Below are positions 28,085-36,805 of a DNA stretch of 64,000 bases, in pieces (positions within the stretch are counted from its first letter, which is position 1; every line of letters starts with the position of its first letter). The translations under genes and the position numbers were made by a program. The DNA comes from a virus (lineage: Duplodnaviria > Caudoviricetes), in the IMG/VR virus record IMGVR_UViG_3300020477_000013, positions 64,001 to 128,000 of that record, one strand, 5' to 3'. The notes beneath the pieces were generated by a model, which searched no databases, was not told where the DNA came from, and worked only from the letters and a program-made list of their open reading frames with translations.

Positions 28085-28740
28085 GCAGGAATAGGTAGGA
28101 TAAAGTTAAATACTGCTAGGTAGTGACATGCACTACCCAGCAATACTAAGATATGCCATATCGAGTGATAATATTTTTTATGGTCATTAATGTAGAAGTA
28201 TACTCCGACCGTGTAGGATATTCCACCCATCAGCATTAACATCAATCCTTCAGGGTGTACGGTCTCTATGAGGGGGCCCACCATGAATAGTCCTATCCAC
28301 CCTAGCAGCAAATAGCTGGCAAGTGAAATAGTTTCTGATACATTGAAGTAGAATATCTTCCACATTACTCCAGATATTGCTAAGAACCAGACGCATGTGA
28401 ATAAGATCATACCCCAATCTTGCTTTAGGGGTATGAGTAGTAGGGGCGAGTACCCACCTGCTATCATGATATAGATGCACGCATGATCTAGTATCCGGAA
28501 TTTTCTTTTGAGCTGTTTCTCCATAGTTCCGTGAAACAAGGCGGATGAGCTCAGGCCAAGGAATGCAGACCCCCCGTACAGTATGACTGCTAATGTTTTC
28601 CAGCCTCCCCCCAATAAGATAGAGTCGGAAATTAAGAAGTATGTCCCCACAGCTATAAAAAATGCACCGCATGCATGTGTCATGCAATTAATCCATTCTT
28701 CTTTTTGTGTCTTGTTTGAGACACAACTGTGAGATTGCAT
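28081..28740 (-). CDS. Hemolysin III / PAQR (YqfA-like) membrane protein
   Basis: EEWINCMTHA; SSALFH; DHACIYIMIAGGYSP; HSIWHILVL; about 7 TMs; RBS AAGGGG. Confidence 0.92.
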   Translation of the reverse strand: MQSHSCVSNKTQKEEWINCMTHACGAFFIAVGTYFLISDSILLGGGWKTLAVILYGGSAFLGLSSSALFHGTMEKQLKRKFRILDHACIYIMIAGGYSPLLLIPLKQDWGMILFTCVWFLAISGVMWKIFYFNVSETISLASYLLLGWIGLFMVGPLIETVHPEGLMLMLMGGISYTVGVYFYINDHKKYYHSIWHILVLLGSACHYLAVFNFILPIPA

Positions 28741-28897
28741 AGTACCCCTTAAGATAAAAACGATATGCCTGTAATTACATATTCTATTCAGGCGGCAAAA
28801 TTCGATATTGGGATATAACTTTTTTATTTTTTTTATTATTGTATGTTATTATGCCGCTAAACCGTGCGGCTGTTTGAGTGTATTTGCATTTTTGTGA

Positions 28898-28905
28898 ATA
28901 ATTAA
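28898..28905 (+). promoter_or_regulatory. Putative late promoter (class L)
   Basis: ATAATTAA 19 nt upstream of the tagged gene at 28925. Confidence 0.5.
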
Positions 28906-28924
28906 TTTGTGGAGGCAACACTAG

Positions 28925-29473
28925 ATGAAGATTCCTGCATTGCGAAAGATTATTAGAGAAGAGCTAATAAAGAATTACTTATTCGAATTCGGCGATTGCC
29001 CCGGGACTGATTCATTACCTGACGGCGCAAAAGCCTTGGTGAAAGAAGATGATGATGAGGTCCAGAAAGATGTAGACTATAATGTCGATGCCACTGGCGC
29101 AAAAGTAACAGGAAAGATGGCCAAGGCCATGGACCCTAATGCAAGTGCTAAAGAATTTGCTATTGCTGATGAGAAGATCGATAAGTCAGGTACCCCGAAA
29201 GAGCAGGCAGGGATGTTAGCAAAATTTGCTTTAGATTATGTCGAGGGTGATACCGCTGAAGCTACATCAATATTAAAGTTGGCATCTACAACTGGTATTA
29301 AAGGCCTAGGGACAACGGCTCCTGAAGATGAAGCAGCAGAGGGTGATGCAGCATCCGAAGACGCCGGCGAAGATTTTAAGAAAGGGATGTCTGAAGGGCT
29401 GTCTAAGAGTAGGATGATTGAGATAATCAAAGAAGAGATTGCTAGCCATTATTTAGCCACGATAAGAAAATAG
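28925..29473 (+). CDS. Leader-tagged acidic protein (motifs at both ends)
   Basis: MKIPALRKIIREE...; C-terminal LSKSRMIEIIKEEI. Confidence 0.75.
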   Translation: MKIPALRKIIREELIKNYLFEFGDCPGTDSLPDGAKALVKEDDDEVQKDVDYNVDATGAKVTGKMAKAMDPNASAKEFAIADEKIDKSGTPKEQAGMLAKFALDYVEGDTAEATSILKLASTTGIKGLGTTAPEDEAAEGDAASEDAGEDFKKGMSEGLSKSRMIEIIKEEIASHYLATIRK

Positions 29474-29496
29474 ATAACCAAATTTTGGTTTTTGCA

Positions 29497-29541
29497 TGTA
29501 AATTCTAGACCCATGTGTTAATATAACACATGGGTTTTTTT
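29497..29541 (+). promoter_or_regulatory. Class E promoter overlapped by a perfect 12-bp hairpin and T tract
   Basis: TGTAAA(29497)-N16-TAATAT(29519); ACCCATGTGTTA-ATA-TAACACATGGGT (29509-29535) followed by a T run. Confidence 0.65.
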
Positions 29542-29554
29542 AAGCGAGGGTTTT

Positions 29555-32500
29555 TTGGGTAAGACACCGAAGAAGTTTGTTGGGATGCATGCTCATGATG
29601 GATTTTCTACGTTCGATGGTTTAGGATATCCACAAGAGCATATAGATTTTGTAAAAAGTAATGATATGGACGCGTGGTGCTTGACAAACCATGGCCATAT
29701 GAATAGTTTTTGCCATGCATATTTGCATGCTGAAAAGTTAAATAAGGCTGGCGGAAATTTTAAGTTTGTCGCAGGTTGTGAGATGTATGTACATCCCGAC
29801 TTAGATGCCTGGCGCTTAGACTATGATATTCGCGCAGCAGCAAAGAAGGGTGACAAGGAGGCGTTGTTTAGGCTTCGCGATGAGAGGGAGAAGCTTATAA
29901 CGCCTATTACGATGAAGGTTGATGCCGATGATGAGACCCTAGATATATCCACCGATGAAGCTAGTCTTACAATCGAGAATGAGGAAGAAACGAAGTCCGG
30001 AAAATTTTACGACCCCATTAAGAGACGCCATCACTTAGTTGTTTTGCCAAAAACCTCCGAAGGCTTAAGGAGGTTATTTCACCTGGTGTCTAGAGGTTAC
30101 CTGGAGGGATTCTATAGGTTTCCACGTATTGACTATAAGATGTTAAAAGAGGCCGCCCAGGGTGGCCACCTGATGGTGTCTACCGCATGTCTAGGTGGGC
30201 CCTTGGCATATGAAGTTTTTCGTCACTTACAAGAGGTTGAGTTTGATTCACTGGATCCTAAGTGGATGGATGATCCGTCACTACAACAAAAGATATTAAA
30301 TGGCGTCTCAAATTCTTATGGTCAGTTGGCCGATGCGGTGGGTAAAGAGAATGTGTATGTTGAACTACAGTTTAATCACCTTGTTGCCCAACATCTAGTC
30401 AATAGGGCTCTCATTCAATTTGCAAATAATGAGGGCATGCAAGATAAGCTTGTAGTTACATGTGATTCTCACTATGCGCATCCTGAACACTGGAAAGAAC
30501 GTGAATTGTATAAAAAGCTGGGGTGGTTAAACTATAGGGAGTTTGATCCGTCAAAACTACCTCAGTCCAAGGAAGAGCTTAAGTGTGAGCTATATCCTAA
30601 AAACGCACAGCAGGTGTGGGAATCTTACATTAATACAACTAAAGAGTATGATTTCTATGACGATGATATAATTTGTGATGCCGTAGAGCGGACATATGAC
30701 ATTGTTCATGACGAAATTGGAGACATTCATCCAGATAAGTCTATGAAACTCCCAGATTATGTTGTTCCAGCTGGTAAGAGTGATGATAGGGCCCTGTTGG
30801 ATATGTGTAAGGAGGGATTAATTGATAGAGGTTTAGCAGATAAGCCTGAATATATAGACAGGCTAAAGAAAGAACTCTCCGTCATTAGGGAAAAGAAATT
30901 TTCAAAATATTTCTTAACGATGAAAGCTATCATGGATCTTGCCAGAGGTCATATGCTGGTCGGGCCCGGCCGTGGATCAGCTGCCGGCAGTTTGGTAGCA
31001 TATGTTTTATATATCACCAATGTTGACCCGATCGAATATGGGTTACTTTTTGAGCGTTTTCTGAGCGTTCATAGGCAGGGTGCACCTGACATTGATTCCG
31101 ATGTCGGGGATCGTGATAAGCTGATTGATCTGCTTAAAGAAAATTTCGGTGATAATAATATCGTACCAATCTCAAATTATAATACATTTAAACTTAAGTC
31201 ATTAGTCAAAGATATTTCTAGGTTTTACGGAATTCCATTTGATGAAGTCAATAAGGCACTAGCTCCTGTTGAGAATGACGTTAAGAAAGCTGTCTTTAAG
31301 AAAGGGACAGACAAGAACCTCTTTACTCTCTTGTATGAAGATGCAATTAAGTACAGCAAGTCATTCCAGGATTTTATTGAGAAATATCCAGAGATTGCAG
31401 AACCTATTGAGGTGCTATTTAAGCAAAATAAAGCCCTAGGCAGGCATGCAGGAGGAGTAATAGTCTCAGAAAATGTAGCTGAGCAGATGCCCTTGATCAT
31501 GGCTCGTGGCGAAATTCAGACACCCTGGGTAGAGGGTATGCACTACAAGCACCTCGAGGAGCTAGGATGGATTAAATTTGACCTCCTCGGCCTTGAGACG
31601 TTGCGCATCATTGAGAGATGCATAGCATTGATTCTACAGCGCCACGAGGGCCATGAATCACCCTCCTACTTGAATGTCAAAGAGTGGTTTAACGATCATA
31701 TGGATCCGAAGGTGATTGATTTTGATGACCAGCAGGTTTATGAGAAAATCTACCACGCTGCAAGATGGGCAGGTATTTTCCAGTGTACCGCAAGGGGAGC
31801 ACAAAATTTCTTTAAGAAAGGAAAGCCCTGTAGCATTATTGACATTGCAACGCTTACATCAATTTACAGGCCCGGGCCTCTTACCGCCGGCGTGCATGAC
31901 ATATATTTAGGTGCAAAATCTAATCCAGATGATGTCGACTATAAACACCCTCTTATTAAGCAGGTGCTTGAGCCTACATACGGTGCCATTATTTTTCAAG
32001 AGCAAGTTATGGAGCTATGTAATGTAGTAGCCGGATTCCCTCAAGAGGACTGTGACATGGTTCGCCGCACAATCATGAAAAGATCAGCATCAAAAGCTGA
32101 TGCCATGAAAAAGCAGGCCATGGAACTTAAGCAGAGGTTTGTTGATGGTGCAGTTTCAAACGGCGTTCCTTCACATGTTGCAGATGAGCTATATGACAAG
32201 ATCATGTTTTTCTCAGGATATGGCTTCAATAAGTCTCATGCTGTTTCATATGCGATTGACTCCTATTATTGTGCATGGCTTATGACGTACTATGAAGAGG
32301 AGTGGCTGTGCGCTTATTTGGAGGCAATGTCTAATAATCCCACGAAGCGTGCAAAGGCATTTAGCGAGATAAAGAAATTAGGATATAAGGTCGTACCTAT
32401 CGATATCAATTATGCTACTAAGAGCTGGACTATTCTGGAAGGCAAAAAATTTATGCCCTCGTTTTTATCTTGCAAGGGCGTCGGCGAGGCAGCTATTGAC

Positions 32501-33154
32501 GAGATTATTGAGGAACGCCCTTACAAGCAGGTGGATGATCTGTTATGGAATGATGTGGGAAAGTGGAAGCACTCTAAATTTAATAAGAGAGCACTTCAAA
32601 ATTTAATCAAGGTTCGTGCCTTTGGCTCTATGGATCTCGTTGGTGAAGGAAAGACTTTTTCTTCTTATTCACAAATGCATGAAATTTTAATAGAGAATAA
32701 TTCGTCTATTAAAAAATGGACAAAGCGAGATCCTGATAGGGGTAGAAATGCATTTCGAGAATGCCTAATAGAGACTGCTGGTATGCAAGAATGGTCCAAG
32801 ATGACGTTAGCAACCCACAGCGTTGATATAATGGGATCTTTCAATGCAGGTATGGTAGTTTCAGATGAGCTTCAAGACAAGTTGTCGGCTCGAGGTATTA
32901 ATTCCATCGATGAAATAGAGGGTAGGGATCTCTACTGGTTCGTCGTGACTGACATGAAGACAAAACTAACAAAACATAAAAAGCCTTATTTGCTTCTAAC
33001 AGTTACAGGTATTTCAGGAGGTAATTACAGGCTTTTTTGTTGGGGATGGAATGGAAAGCTTGAAATTCCCCAATACTCCCTGTGTGTAGCTGAAGTCGAT
33101 AAAAATGACTTTGGGTGTTCAACGCAACAAAGAAAGATAAAAGTTTTGAACTGA
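29555..33154 (+). CDS. dnaE: DNA polymerase III alpha subunit (family C)
   Basis: PHP HAH..S..DG, TNHG, GCE, CDSHY; GRGSAAGSLVAY; PDIDSD; GRHAGG; KFDLLGL; YGFNKSHA. Confidence 0.96.
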   Translation: MGKTPKKFVGMHAHDGFSTFDGLGYPQEHIDFVKSNDMDAWCLTNHGHMNSFCHAYLHAEKLNKAGGNFKFVAGCEMYVHPDLDAWRLDYDIRAAAKKGDKEALFRLRDEREKLITPITMKVDADDETLDISTDEASLTIENEEETKSGKFYDPIKRRHHLVVLPKTSEGLRRLFHLVSRGYLEGFYRFPRIDYKMLKEAAQGGHLMVSTACLGGPLAYEVFRHLQEVEFDSLDPKWMDDPSLQQKILNGVSNSYGQLADAVGKENVYVELQFNHLVAQHLVNRALIQFANNEGMQDKLVVTCDSHYAHPEHWKERELYKKLGWLNYREFDPSKLPQSKEELKCELYPKNAQQVWESYINTTKEYDFYDDDIICDAVERTYDIVHDEIGDIHPDKSMKLPDYVVPAGKSDDRALLDMCKEGLIDRGLADKPEYIDRLKKELSVIREKKFSKYFLTMKAIMDLARGHMLVGPGRGSAAGSLVAYVLYITNVDPIEYGLLFERFLSVHRQGAPDIDSDVGDRDKLIDLLKENFGDNNIVPISNYNTFKLKSLVKDISRFYGIPFDEVNKALAPVENDVKKAVFKKGTDKNLFTLLYEDAIKYSKSFQDFIEKYPEIAEPIEVLFKQNKALGRHAGGVIVSENVAEQMPLIMARGEIQTPWVEGMHYKHLEELGWIKFDLLGLETLRIIERCIALILQRHEGHESPSYLNVKEWFNDHMDPKVIDFDDQQVYEKIYHAARWAGIFQCTARGAQNFFKKGKPCSIIDIATLTSIYRPGPLTAGVHDIYLGAKSNPDDVDYKHPLIKQVLEPTYGAIIFQEQVMELCNVVAGFPQEDCDMVRRTIMKRSASKADAMKKQAMELKQRFVDGAVSNGVPSHVADELYDKIMFFSGYGFNKSHAVSYAIDSYYCAWLMTYYEEEWLCAYLEAMSNNPTKRAKAFSEIKKLGYKVVPIDINYATKSWTILEGKKFMPSFLSCKGVGEAAIDEIIEERPYKQVDDLLWNDVGKWKHSKFNKRALQNLIKVRAFGSMDLVGEGKTFSSYSQMHEILIENNSSIKKWTKRDPDRGRNAFRECLIETAGMQEWSKMTLATHSVDIMGSFNAGMVVSDELQDKLSARGINSIDEIEGRDLYWFVVTDMKTKLTKHKKPYLLLTVTGISGGNYRLFCWGWNGKLEIPQYSLCVAEVDKNDFGCSTQQRKIKVLN

Positions 33155-33174
33155 TAAGGGTATACACATATAAT
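33147..33174 (+). promoter_or_regulatory. Putative early/middle promoter (class E)
   Basis: TGAACT-N16-TATAAT upstream of the DNA-modification cluster. Confidence 0.55.
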
Positions 33175-33205
33175 TGCATATCGGCTCTTTATTAGAGGGT
33201 GAGTA

Positions 33206-33739
33206 TTGAAGAAAAAACAGCACATAATCATTTTTGACGGTCCTGATATGTGCGGAAAAACTGAGATGGCGATGGAATTATCGGCTGTTCTTGGCGTTCC
33301 GTATTTTAAAAATGAAAGTGAATGGGAATTTTTTGAAAAAGATCCAAGCTATTTTAGGAATGCGTTATCATATGGTGACACATTCTTTTATGCTTACTTA
33401 AGGCAAACAGGCGCATCTGTAATCTTAGACAGGTCATACCCATCAGAGTGGGTATATTCTAAGGTATTTTTACGAGTGACAAACGAAAAAGCGCTAAGCG
33501 AAGTAGATGCAATGGCTCATGGGATTCACACGAAGATAATAATTCCATACAGGAGTTCTTATGAAGGCTTAGAGGACCAGTTTTCATCCATAACGTCTGA
33601 CAAAATGCTAGAAATAGAGAACCTATATAGAAAATTCGCGGACTGGACTAAGTGTGATGTATTATTTCTGAATGTCGATTCAGAAGATTTAGATGATGAG
33701 ATATTTCAAATATTAAAATTCATAAACAAGGAAAATTAA
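33206..33739 (+). CDS. Thymidylate-kinase-like dNMP kinase
   Basis: IFDGPDMCGKT P-loop; ILDRSYPSEWVY. Confidence 0.85.
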   Translation: MKKKQHIIIFDGPDMCGKTEMAMELSAVLGVPYFKNESEWEFFEKDPSYFRNALSYGDTFFYAYLRQTGASVILDRSYPSEWVYSKVFLRVTNEKALSEVDAMAHGIHTKIIIPYRSSYEGLEDQFSSITSDKMLEIENLYRKFADWTKCDVLFLNVDSEDLDDEIFQILKFINKEN

Positions 33740-34773
33740 TGAAGATAGGAATTAGCTATTGGGGATTTTGCGAGAAATTTCAAGACTCGACTGTCTCAAA
33801 TACCCCTGATGGACACAGGTATGGTAGGCCAGTTTTGGTCGATGCGCTACTTGAGAGCGGTCATGAAGTTTATGCGTTGCAAGACCAGCGGGAAGATGTT
33901 AAGTACGATGGTTTAGATTATAGGTTCGCCGGTGATGGGTATCCTGACTTGGATGTCCTATTCGTAGAGTGGCGGTGGCCGACATATAAGAATAGCGGCG
34001 AAAATAAATTTGAACCCGACCTAGACAGGCAAACGCAGCTGTTGGATTACTACCATGGAAATATACCCATCGTTTCGTGGGATACCGACCTGAAGATGAC
34101 AGCTGATGATGAAGTTCGCTGGCCGCTTATGACTATTGCTGATCCATCATTTGATCCTAAGCATATGACAAGGGATAGGTTACGGTTAACATTTTGGTCT
34201 GACTTTCGTCAGATAATAGACACGACCACCGGACCGGTCGAGTTTGGGTATGTGGGTAATAACTATGAGCGTGACAAGATGTTTATGGAGTATTATTCAA
34301 AGCCGTCGCTGGTATTACGGGACAATGGTGTCCAGACCAAAGTTCACGGTAACTGGCTACAGCGCTCCCCTGAGAGGTCTAGCCCTGAAGATTTGATACG
34401 GATGCATCCTAATATTGCGTTCGGCAAGCGGGTATCATTTCATGATTCGATGCATCTCTTAAATGAATTTATCTGTACTGTCCACATAACAAAGCCAGGG
34501 TATGCAGATGTAGGGTTTGCATCACCTAGATACCTGGAAAACATAGTCGTAGGTACACCTGCGCTGGTACCATATGAGTTTAAATATAGCTCCATACTAG
34601 GTGAAGAATGGGTTGTCCATGGTCATTCCGACGTCATCGAGAAAGTTAGGTATTTAAAGAATCTTGGTTGCGATGAAAGAGATGATGTCGTCCGGCATCA
34701 GATGTACAATCTTTTAAAGCACCATAATTTTAGTGTTAATAATGTTGTTGAGTTTATTGAATCGCTGGTTTAA
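33739..34773 (+). CDS. GT-B glycosyltransferase resembling T4 DNA beta-glucosyltransferase
   Basis: MKIGISYWG; FGYVGNNYERDK; VHGNW; ASPRYLENIVVGTPALVPYEF (cf. BGT ITLRVWETMASDAVMLIDEEF, recalled). Confidence 0.7.
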   Translation: MKIGISYWGFCEKFQDSTVSNTPDGHRYGRPVLVDALLESGHEVYALQDQREDVKYDGLDYRFAGDGYPDLDVLFVEWRWPTYKNSGENKFEPDLDRQTQLLDYYHGNIPIVSWDTDLKMTADDEVRWPLMTIADPSFDPKHMTRDRLRLTFWSDFRQIIDTTTGPVEFGYVGNNYERDKMFMEYYSKPSLVLRDNGVQTKVHGNWLQRSPERSSPEDLIRMHPNIAFGKRVSFHDSMHLLNEFICTVHITKPGYADVGFASPRYLENIVVGTPALVPYEFKYSSILGEEWVVHGHSDVIEKVRYLKNLGCDERDDVVRHQMYNLLKHHNFSVNNVVEFIESLV

Positions 34774-34784
34774 GGAGAATCATT

Positions 34785-35777
34785 GTGACGCGTGTTCTTA
34801 TAACAGGGGTGGCTGGCCTCTTGGGTGCAAATTTTTCTAGGTATCTATTAGACAAGGGATATGAGGTTATAGGAATTGATAACCTGTCCGGAGGTTTCGA
34901 GGATAGTGTGGATCCTCGGGTTCGGTTCTATCCTGTAGATTTACAGGACTTGGATGTCGTAAATAACATTTTTCGTATCGAGAAACCTGACTATGTGTAT
35001 CATTTTGCCGCATATGCAGCCGAGGGATTAAGTCCATTTATCAGGAATTTTAATTACGTTAATAATGTCTTATGCTCCGTAAACGTTATTAATTCATGCA
35101 TCAAGTACGATGTGAAAAAACTAGTCTTTACATCTTCAATGGCGGTGTATGGATCTGGTTCACCACCCTTTAGGGAAGACCAACGCCCTTCCCCTGAAGA
35201 CCCATATGGTATAGCAAAATATGCTGTAGAGATGGATCTTGCATTAGCATACGAGCAGTTTGGGCTAGAATATACAATCATCCGCCCCCATAATGTGATA
35301 GGGATATACCAAAATATCTGGGATCGCTATAGAAATGTTATAGGTATCTGGATCAGAAAAGCTCTTAATGGTGAGGCCTTGACGATATTCGGGGACGGCA
35401 CTCAGGTTAGAGCATTTTCAGATATCAGGTTTTATATGGAGCCATTTGAGAAGGCTATGTATGATTATCATGGGGAATCCTTCAATATAGGGGCAGACAA
35501 GTACTATACAATTAATGATGCTTCAAAAATTGTCCAGGATGTTGCTTCTGGATTTGGCTATGACGTAGGTAGGGAATGGCTAGAGGCTAGAAATGAAGTA
35601 CATACTGCATACTGCGACCACAGTAAGGCAAAAGAGTTACTAGGGTTTGAGGACAACACAGATTTTGAGTTAATGGTGAGAACGATGTTTAAATGGGCAA
35701 TGTCGCAGCCTGATAGGGATGTCAAGTATAAGGATTATGAGATAGATAAGGGAATTTACAGTTTCTGGAAAAAGTAG
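34785..35777 (+). CDS. NAD-dependent NDP-sugar epimerase/dehydratase (extended SDR)
   Basis: TGVAGLLG; FTSSMAVYG; PYGIAK (YxxxK). Confidence 0.92.
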   Translation: MTRVLITGVAGLLGANFSRYLLDKGYEVIGIDNLSGGFEDSVDPRVRFYPVDLQDLDVVNNIFRIEKPDYVYHFAAYAAEGLSPFIRNFNYVNNVLCSVNVINSCIKYDVKKLVFTSSMAVYGSGSPPFREDQRPSPEDPYGIAKYAVEMDLALAYEQFGLEYTIIRPHNVIGIYQNIWDRYRNVIGIWIRKALNGEALTIFGDGTQVRAFSDIRFYMEPFEKAMYDYHGESFNIGADKYYTINDASKIVQDVASGFGYDVGREWLEARNEVHTAYCDHSKAKELLGFEDNTDFELMVRTMFKWAMSQPDRDVKYKDYEIDKGIYSFWKK

Positions 35778-35788
35778 GGGTATGGTTA

Positions 35789-36790
35789 ATGAACGTATAT
35801 GATAACTTTACACAATGCTATTTAGGCTTAATAGACCAGGTATATAACACACCTGATTTTATCTCTAGTCCTCGTGGGCAATTGGTGAAAGAGAAATTAG
35901 CAGTTAAGTTCCAGATTAATGATCCTAGGAGCAGAATTCCTTATACGGCTGCACGAAAATTTTCGTTGCACTATATGGTTGCTGAGTTACTTTGGTATTT
36001 GTCTGGAGAAGATTCTACGGAGTGGATATCAAATTACTCGTCTTTCTGGAGGAAGATATCCGACAACGGAAAGACTGCTAATTCTGCATATGGGGCCCGA
36101 ATTTTTAAAACACATGACAGAATTGCAGGTGGCCAATTAGTTCAGTGGGATTATGTGGTCAACGAACTCCGTAAAGACAACGACTCAAGACGAGCCGTTA
36201 TACATATACGTTCGCCATGGGATTCTACGCATGCGAAGCTTGATGTACCCTGTACACTCGCACTGCAGTTTTTTATTCGAGATAATAAGTTGCATCTTGT
36301 TGTTAATATGCGATCCTCTGATATAATACTAGGCATTGCTTACGACATTCCTGCATTTACTTTTATGCAAGAGCTTATGGCTGTGCAGCTTGGTGTGGGC
36401 TTGGGGACATATACACATATTAGTAATTCATTACACATTTACGAGAGGCATTTCAATATGGCAGAAGAAATTTTGTTGCCCGAGAACCAGACTGAGTCAT
36501 TGATGTGTCAGATATCTCGGGGCTCGATGCCCCCCCTCACGACAAACTTGCCTCCTATTCGTGAGCTATACCTATTTGAGGGTGCCATACGTAACTGTAG
36601 TACGGCTGAAGAAATTTATGAGTGCTTAGAAGAACTAGAAACTATTGATATTCATATAGATCATATAGACTACTGGCTTGATTGGGGAAAGGTTTTAGCA
36701 TCACATCGCCTTAAGAAGCTTGGGTTTCTAAATGAGTCAAATGATATGTTAAACTCTACTTCTTATGTTGGTTACCATTTACTATCTTAA
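35789..36790 (+). CDS. Thymidylate-synthase-superfamily dCMP-modifying enzyme (dCMP hydroxymethylase-like)
   Basis: Catalytic DVPC155; MRSSDIILGIAYD186 with Asp at the E. coli ThyA Asn177 / T4 gp42 Asp179 position; HISNSLHIYERH. Confidence 0.85.
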   Translation: MNVYDNFTQCYLGLIDQVYNTPDFISSPRGQLVKEKLAVKFQINDPRSRIPYTAARKFSLHYMVAELLWYLSGEDSTEWISNYSSFWRKISDNGKTANSAYGARIFKTHDRIAGGQLVQWDYVVNELRKDNDSRRAVIHIRSPWDSTHAKLDVPCTLALQFFIRDNKLHLVVNMRSSDIILGIAYDIPAFTFMQELMAVQLGVGLGTYTHISNSLHIYERHFNMAEEILLPENQTESLMCQISRGSMPPLTTNLPPIRELYLFEGAIRNCSTAEEIYECLEELETIDIHIDHIDYWLDWGKVLASHRLKKLGFLNESNDMLNSTSYVGYHLLS

Positions 36791-36805
36791 ATTTACGGAG
36801 AAATT

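Noticed and set aside
28792-28870. GCGGCA/TGCCGC and GCCGC/GCGGC inverted pairs as a structured ncRNA
   Set aside because: The stems are only 5-6 bp in AT-rich intergenic DNA, with no tRNA or riboswitch features.
6006-33154. Inteins or introns in recA, helicase, nrdJ or dnaE
   Set aside because: Lengths are near family norms. No Cys/Ser...His-Asn splice junctions or LAGLIDADG motifs were seen; the DnaE insertion is short and lacks them.
35789-36790. Annotation as ordinary thyA
   Set aside because: Asp at the Asn177-equivalent site, a neighbouring GT and epimerases, and a separate thyX argue for dCMP modification.
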